Of a DNA stretch of 64,000 nucleotides, positions 59,183-64,000 are shown piece by piece. Numbering within the stretch: position 1 is the first letter of the stretch; every line of letters begins with the position of its first letter. The position numbers and the translations under genes are program-made. The DNA is from Desulfomicrobium sp. (GTDB taxonomy: Bacteria; Desulfobacterota; Desulfovibrionia; Desulfovibrionales; Desulfomicrobiaceae): positions 192,001-256,000 of the forward strand of contig JAXGMI010000002.1 in the NCBI GenBank assembly GCA_040768745.1, given 5' to 3'. A model generated the notes under the pieces. The model ran no database searches. It was not told the DNA's origin and saw only the letters and a list, made by a program, of their open reading frames with translations.

Positions 59183-60340
59183 ATGACATATGAACCCGGT
59201 CCTGAACACAACATGCGGGCTGAACGCATTGTTCCGAATCTGATCCGGGTGATGGTCTGGGGTGGAGTGTTCACGGTTTTGTTCATCCTGCGCTCCTTTT
59301 TTCTCCTCCTCTTTCTGACCTTCGTGTTCGGGTACATCCAGAGTCGTGGCGCAAACAAACTGCAGCCTTTCATTCCGCACCGGCCCACCCGGGTGATCCT
59401 GGTAGCCATGCTCTTTCTGGGCGTCCTGGTGGCGGTGGGCGTGTTCCTGGTGCCCCGGGCCAAGGATCAGACCGTCCTTTTTGTTTCCCAGCTCCCGCAG
59501 TACATCACCCGTCTGGACCAGGAGCTCGTCGCCCTGGGAGAACGCTACCCCTTGCTCAGCAACATTATTCCGGAGCTTGGGCATCTGACGGACCAGCATG
59601 CCACAGGGCTCGGCAAATCCCGTGTCGCGGTCCTGGTGCAGCAGATTTTCGGCCTTGTCGAGCACGATGGACAGCACAAGGTCAATCAGCTCGTGGATCT
59701 TGTCCGCGGAGTGGGGGGCAGTATCGCGGCCATCGCCTCGGCCTTCCTTCTGGCCCTCCTGTTTTCCTTCCTCATCGTGCTTGATCTTCCACGTTTGAAA
59801 CAGAGCGTGCAGTCTTTGGAATATTCCAGGCTGGGATTCATTTATCGGGAGGTCGCCGGAAGTATCAGCGACTTTGCCAGTGTTTTGGGCCGCTCTTTGG
59901 AGGCCCAGTTTGCCATTGCGGTCATCAATTCCCTGCTCACGGCCATTGGTGTGGCCATGCTGGGCATGGGCTCCACCATGGCCTTTCTGACAGTCATCGT
60001 CTTTCTGTGCAGCTTCATCCCGGTCCTGGGCGTGTTCATCAGCTCCGTCCCCATTTGCCTCATCGCCCTGCAGACATCCGGTCTGACCACAATGATCCTG
60101 GCCATCGTCATGATCACGGTCATTCACCTGATCGAGGGGTATATTCTCAACCCCCGTATCTACGGCTCCTACATGCGCATCAATCCAGTGATCGTGCTCT
60201 TCATCCTGACCATCGGGGCCAAGTTGTTCCACATCTGGGGGCTGGTTCTGGGCGTCCCCATATGCACCTATCTTTATGGGCTGGTTGTGCAAAAGCCCAC
60301 CCCTGCCGGCCATCATGAGGACAATGCCGAATTGCCCTGA
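59183..60340 (+). CDS. AI-2E family transporter
   Basis: Multi-TM; SFIPVLG, IEGYILNPRIYG, WGLVLGVP. Confidence 0.85.
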   Translation: MTYEPGPEHNMRAERIVPNLIRVMVWGGVFTVLFILRSFFLLLFLTFVFGYIQSRGANKLQPFIPHRPTRVILVAMLFLGVLVAVGVFLVPRAKDQTVLFVSQLPQYITRLDQELVALGERYPLLSNIIPELGHLTDQHATGLGKSRVAVLVQQIFGLVEHDGQHKVNQLVDLVRGVGGSIAAIASAFLLALLFSFLIVLDLPRLKQSVQSLEYSRLGFIYREVAGSISDFASVLGRSLEAQFAIAVINSLLTAIGVAMLGMGSTMAFLTVIVFLCSFIPVLGVFISSVPICLIALQTSGLTTMILAIVMITVIHLIEGYILNPRIYGSYMRINPVIVLFILTIGAKLFHIWGLVLGVPICTYLYGLVVQKPTPAGHHEDNAELP

Positions 60341-60403
60341 GAAGATGCGTCATTGCGTTGGCCTGCGCGCGTCAGAAGAGACATCACGAAATATGGAGAA
60401 TCC

Positions 60404-60814
60404 GTGGCCGGTGAGTTGTTCATTGTGATTGTGGAAGGTCCGTGTTTTGGGCGCAATGTGTTGTGCAGGGCGCTTGCTAGCTGGGGCTATGCGTATTTTT
60501 TGGCGGAGGATGAGGCTGCGGCCTGGTCCGCGGTGACGGCTGTAAGAGGGCCGACCGTGGTTCTGGCCGACTGGCAGGTGGATTTCATGGAATGTGAGAA
60601 ATTTTTTCTCCGCATCCGCCGCCAGCAGGACCTGGGCCAGATACATCTGATGGGTGCAATCCCTCGCGGGGCACCGGGGGCCATCCGGCAATGCGTACGG
60701 GCTGGGGCGGACGATGTCGTCTCCGTGCCCTACGATCTGGACGAGGTGCGCTTGCGACTGCACACGGCCCGCAAGCTGCTGGGCTTATCGCCGGGTGGTG
60801 CCGTTTTTTCCTGA
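60404..60814 (+). CDS. Stand-alone atypical receiver (pseudo-REC) domain protein
   Basis: IVIVEG, WGY, VVLADW, AGADDVVSVPYDLDEVRLRL; GGAG RBS before GTG 60404. Confidence 0.7.
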   Translation: MAGELFIVIVEGPCFGRNVLCRALASWGYAYFLAEDEAAAWSAVTAVRGPTVVLADWQVDFMECEKFFLRIRRQQDLGQIHLMGAIPRGAPGAIRQCVRAGADDVVSVPYDLDEVRLRLHTARKLLGLSPGGAVFS

Positions 60815-60895
60815 TGTTCCGCAGGGTTTTCACTCCTGACCGGGTGATGGGGTGAGGAGGCCGGTGCACTCCGCGGCACTACCCAAGATGATCCT

Positions 60896-62113
60896 TCACA
60901 GGGTGGTTGACCAGTGCAGGGCCTTTTTTTGGATAGCCATGTTCATTTCCGGCTGGATGAACTCCTCGGGCTTTTCTAAAAAGGGAAGATACTCGATGCG
61001 AGTCTGCACAGGCCTGAGGGAGCCACCAAGGATTTTTGGAAAAAGGTTCTTACGGGCTGGTGCCAAATATCCCAAAACAACGGGAAGCGCTTGGAATGCC
61101 TCCTCCTTGGGCAACGTAACCGGGTGAAGATGCGCCCCCGGCAGTTTCTCCCTTTCCTCTGCTGTGGGCTGGTAGAGGCTGAGCCTGCTGCTCAATGCCA
61201 GAAAAAGTTCGGGTCTGATTTTAAAGGCCGGGACGCGAAAGCTGAAGGACGTGGATTCCATCCATGGCAGGACAACCCGAGGTATGTTGGTCAGTCGGAC
61301 AAGATCGGCCCAGGTTTGCAGGCGGAATCCTGAGGCCGTGCAATGCAGGTTCCAGAAGGGAAGATAGATGGTGGGCTCTTCCCCGGAAGGAAAAAAGAAC
61401 GGCACGATAGGCATGCCACCGCTGGGTCCAGGCTCCCAGGCTGTATCGCAATGCGGGCACGTTTGGACCAGGCTTTGCCGATCCCCCTGCACGTCCCAGC
61501 CGCACTGGGGGCAGAGGGTGGAGGAGAACCGGAGCTTGCTGGACGCGGGCTGCAGTGCTTCGAGGTCGATACAGGCAGGGCCGAGTTGCTCCCCCGTGAG
61601 TCCGTCCACGAGGTCATTGCCTTGAAACACTGGCAGGTAAATGAGGGAGAGGACATCCCCGACGCAGGCAGTCAGTCGTGGCGAGGCCAAGGTTGTCATT
61701 CCAGGAATGGCCCGGAGAAGTTTCGATTTGAAATCCGCACTGCCCATGGCCGGCTTCTGAAAAAGACCCGGGGTCCCGGGCTCCACGAATGACAGTCGCA
61801 TGGCCTGGGGACGCAATCCCAGAGAAGGGGGCATGGTCCTCAGATCGGCGGCCAACAGTGTCGAATCGAGAATTTTGTGATGCACGGCCTCCATCCCAAG
61901 GACGAAGGCGTTGCCACGGAACCGCCAATACGGGACATGAATAAGGATCCCGTCGTGCTCGATGCGGGGCTTGATGAAATAGTGGAAGGGGCCGTCGGAA
62001 TGGATGAAGAGGCGGACTTGGCAAAACGGACAGGCAAAGATCCTGTCCGTCTCTTGGAGCTCCACCGGCGCCCCGCATTGCGGGCATTGATGGAAAAGGT
62101 TGAGTTTTCCCAC
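60896..62113 (-). CDS. Hypothetical protein with two double zinc-ribbon modules
   Basis: CPQCG..CPFC, HVPYWRF, CPQCG..CPHC, YLPFW; GTG start 2 nt after the SPFH gene stop. Confidence 0.75.
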   Translation of the reverse strand: MGKLNLFHQCPQCGAPVELQETDRIFACPFCQVRLFIHSDGPFHYFIKPRIEHDGILIHVPYWRFRGNAFVLGMEAVHHKILDSTLLAADLRTMPPSLGLRPQAMRLSFVEPGTPGLFQKPAMGSADFKSKLLRAIPGMTTLASPRLTACVGDVLSLIYLPVFQGNDLVDGLTGEQLGPACIDLEALQPASSKLRFSSTLCPQCGWDVQGDRQSLVQTCPHCDTAWEPGPSGGMPIVPFFFPSGEEPTIYLPFWNLHCTASGFRLQTWADLVRLTNIPRVVLPWMESTSFSFRVPAFKIRPELFLALSSRLSLYQPTAEEREKLPGAHLHPVTLPKEEAFQALPVVLGYLAPARKNLFPKILGGSLRPVQTRIEYLPFLEKPEEFIQPEMNMAIQKKALHWSTTL

Positions 62114-62115
62114 GT

Positions 62116-63252
62116 TCAGGCCATGCGCTCACCGCAGTGGTTGCAGAACAGGGAACTGGCCAGATTTTCCTGACCACAGGACGGACAGGCGGCTGTCTGG
62201 CGCGTGCTGCCGACCCGCAGCCCGCATTTGGGACAGAAGCGTGTGCCCGGGGCCAGATTCTTTCCGCATCCAGTGCACTGTTCGAAGATCAGCAGTTGAT
62301 GGCCGCATGATGGGCAGAACCTGTCCTGCTCCCGGATGGGTTCCTTGCATTCGGAGCAGCTCAATGACGCTGACGCCACAGGGGCCGCTGGAGTGGTCTG
62401 GGATGCCATATGCATGGCCTGGGCCATGAGGGAGGGCATCATGAAGCCCACGCCTAGGCCCATGGATTCCCCTGCAGTTCCAGGGTTTTCGGCGGCCTTT
62501 TCCATGGCCGTTGCCGCTTTGAGTTGGATCAACTTGGTCATGTCGTCGAACATGCCGAGCTTGGTTTTGTCGTCCATGGCCTTCTGGACTTCTGGAGGGG
62601 GGGTAATGGCGTTGATGTACAGCTGGTTCAGGGAAATGCCGAAATGGCGGAAGTCCTCCTGCAATCTGGCCTGCAGCCCTTTGGACCACCCCTCGTAACG
62701 GCTCGGCAGATTGAGGATGGTGTCCATGTTTTCGCCGAGATAGTCGTTGAAACGGGAGACGATGACCTTGCCCAGGTACTCCTCCAGGCTGTCCACGGTG
62801 AAGGAGGCCATGGTCCCCACCAGGGAGTTGATGAACAGCAGGGGCTGGACCACCTGGATATTGAACATCCCATAGGCCCGCAGGCGGATGAGGCCAAGTT
62901 CCGTATCCTTGAAGGCAACGGGCTGTCGGGTGCCCCACTTCAGGCTGGCGAAGACCTTGGTGTTGATCAGGTAGGCCTCGGCCCGCAGAGGACTTTCCAG
63001 CCCCCAGGGAATGCCCATGATCTTGTTCAGGATGGGGATATTGGCGGTTTTCAGGGTGTGGCGGCCCGGAGGAAAGACGTGCACCGCCTTGCCGTTGTAA
63101 AAGAAGACTCCGGCCTGGGACTCACGGACCACCATCTGCGCGCCGTATTTGATTTCCCCGGAGCCTTCCTGAGGAAAGCGGTGCGCAACTTCCTTGCCGC
63201 TGTCGTCGAACCACTCTATGAGTTCCAAAAAGAAGATGTTGTCCGTGCCCAT
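62116..63252 (-). CDS. SPFH-domain protein with C-terminal double zinc ribbons (YdjI-like)
   Basis: VVRESQAGVF, PGRHTLKTANIP, KWGT..P, RLRAYG, AMEKAAEN, six CxxC pairs; AGGAGG RBS. Confidence 0.85.
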   Translation of the reverse strand: MGTDNIFFLELIEWFDDSGKEVAHRFPQEGSGEIKYGAQMVVRESQAGVFFYNGKAVHVFPPGRHTLKTANIPILNKIMGIPWGLESPLRAEAYLINTKVFASLKWGTRQPVAFKDTELGLIRLRAYGMFNIQVVQPLLFINSLVGTMASFTVDSLEEYLGKVIVSRFNDYLGENMDTILNLPSRYEGWSKGLQARLQEDFRHFGISLNQLYINAITPPPEVQKAMDDKTKLGMFDDMTKLIQLKAATAMEKAAENPGTAGESMGLGVGFMMPSLMAQAMHMASQTTPAAPVASASLSCSECKEPIREQDRFCPSCGHQLLIFEQCTGCGKNLAPGTRFCPKCGLRVGSTRQTAACPSCGQENLASSLFCNHCGERMA

Positions 63253-63362
63253 GGTGCCTCCTGATGGGGTCAAAGATATTCGGCCTATAGGACGAATCGC
63301 TTGCAATTACAACGTGGTCCGCTTAATATTTCAGGCCAGATTGAGGCACAGGAGGGTTTTCC

Positions 63363-63893
63363 ATGCACAACGGCAGGGAGATCATGTCCCCAGGGGATAT
63401 CGAGCGTTCCTTGGACCGTATGGCCTGTGAGATTCTGGAGCAGGTCCCGGCCCAGGAGTCCATCGCCTTAATAGGCATTCAACGCCGGGGAGTGGATCTG
63501 GCTGCCCGGCTGTGCAGTCTGCTCACGTCCAAGACTGACCGGCCCATTGTCTGCGGAGAATTGGACATCAATCTGTATCGGGATGACTGGACCACTTCTG
63601 TGTCCACTCCGAACATCAACGCCACACACATCGATTTTCCGGTGGAGGACAAGACCATCATCCTGGTGGACGACGTTCTTTTCACAGGCCGCACCGTTCG
63701 GGGGGCTTTAGAAGCCATTCTTGACTTCGGTCGTCCGCGGGCGGTGAAGCTGCTGGTCCTGGTTGATCGTGGCCATCGTGAGCTGCCCATCCAGGCGGAT
63801 TTTGTGGGCAAGGTCGTGCCGACCTCGCGCACGGAGCAGATCAACGTTTTTTTGATGGAACGCGACGGTCAGGATCGGGTGGTCTTGGGCTGA
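63363..63893 (+). CDS. pyrR: Pyrimidine operon regulator / uracil phosphoribosyltransferase PyrR
   Basis: IGIQRRG, LDINLYRDD, ILVDDVLFTGRTVR, DRGHRELPIQADFVG. Confidence 0.95.
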   Translation: MHNGREIMSPGDIERSLDRMACEILEQVPAQESIALIGIQRRGVDLAARLCSLLTSKTDRPIVCGELDINLYRDDWTTSVSTPNINATHIDFPVEDKTIILVDDVLFTGRTVRGALEAILDFGRPRAVKLLVLVDRGHRELPIQADFVGKVVPTSRTEQINVFLMERDGQDRVVLG

Positions 63894-63904
63894 TTTTTAT
63901 GCCG

Positions 63905-63959
63905 GATGCAAACAGAAATGCCGCCTTCCCAACGGAGAGGCGGCATTTCTGTTTGCATC
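63905..63959. terminator. Long perfect hairpin after pyrR (probable bidirectional terminator)
   Basis: gatgcaaacagaaatgccgcct-(11 nt)-aggcggcatttctgtttgcatc, 22-bp perfect stem. Confidence 0.7.
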
Positions 63960-64000
63960 AGCAGCGCTGTTCAGATGAGGTGTTTTTCCCGCAGAAACGA

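Noticed and set aside
63325..63362. PyrR-binding attenuator upstream of pyrR
   Set aside because: aggccagattgaggc only loosely resembles the ARUCCNGNGAGGYU loop and no terminator/antiterminator follows

Overview
A 64 kb GC-rich bacterial chromosome segment, most likely from a sulfate-reducing Desulfobacterota member (Desulfovibrionales/Desulfomicrobium-like; inferred from gene content). Left to right it holds: cysK-cysE and a TrkA-type K+ channel; a minus-strand amino-acid catabolic island (3.4-16 kb: BhcD/OCD-like imine reductase, D-threo-3-hydroxyaspartate-dehydratase-like PLP enzyme, SnoaL, RidA, a TauABC-like importer with two ATPases, CoA-acylating semialdehyde dehydrogenase, AraC, aminotransferase); an ATP-grasp/esterase pair; and a selenocysteine formate dehydrogenase locus (fdhAB with in-frame UGA and SECIS-like hairpin, fdhE, mobA, modE-like, two moeA). 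Embedded in the FDH locus are a catalytically eroded IS1595-type transposase homolog and a divergent binding protein / Cys-insert histidine kinase / REC-STAS operon. Core genes follow (mfd, surA, rodZ, recO, glyQS, rpsT), then livKHMGF-paaK, a sigma54 two-component system with its target, an ABC permease/ATPase pair, a loop-deleted tRNA nucleotidyltransferase, deoCB, an AI-2E transporter, an SPFH/zinc-ribbon pair and pyrR. No rRNA, tRNA, CRISPR array or intact mobile element was seen. The best candidate for an undescribed system is the FDH-associated module: a dead transposase that may have been domesticated as a regulator, next to a sensor cascade with no DNA-binding output. All assignments come from reading motifs by eye; no searches were run.
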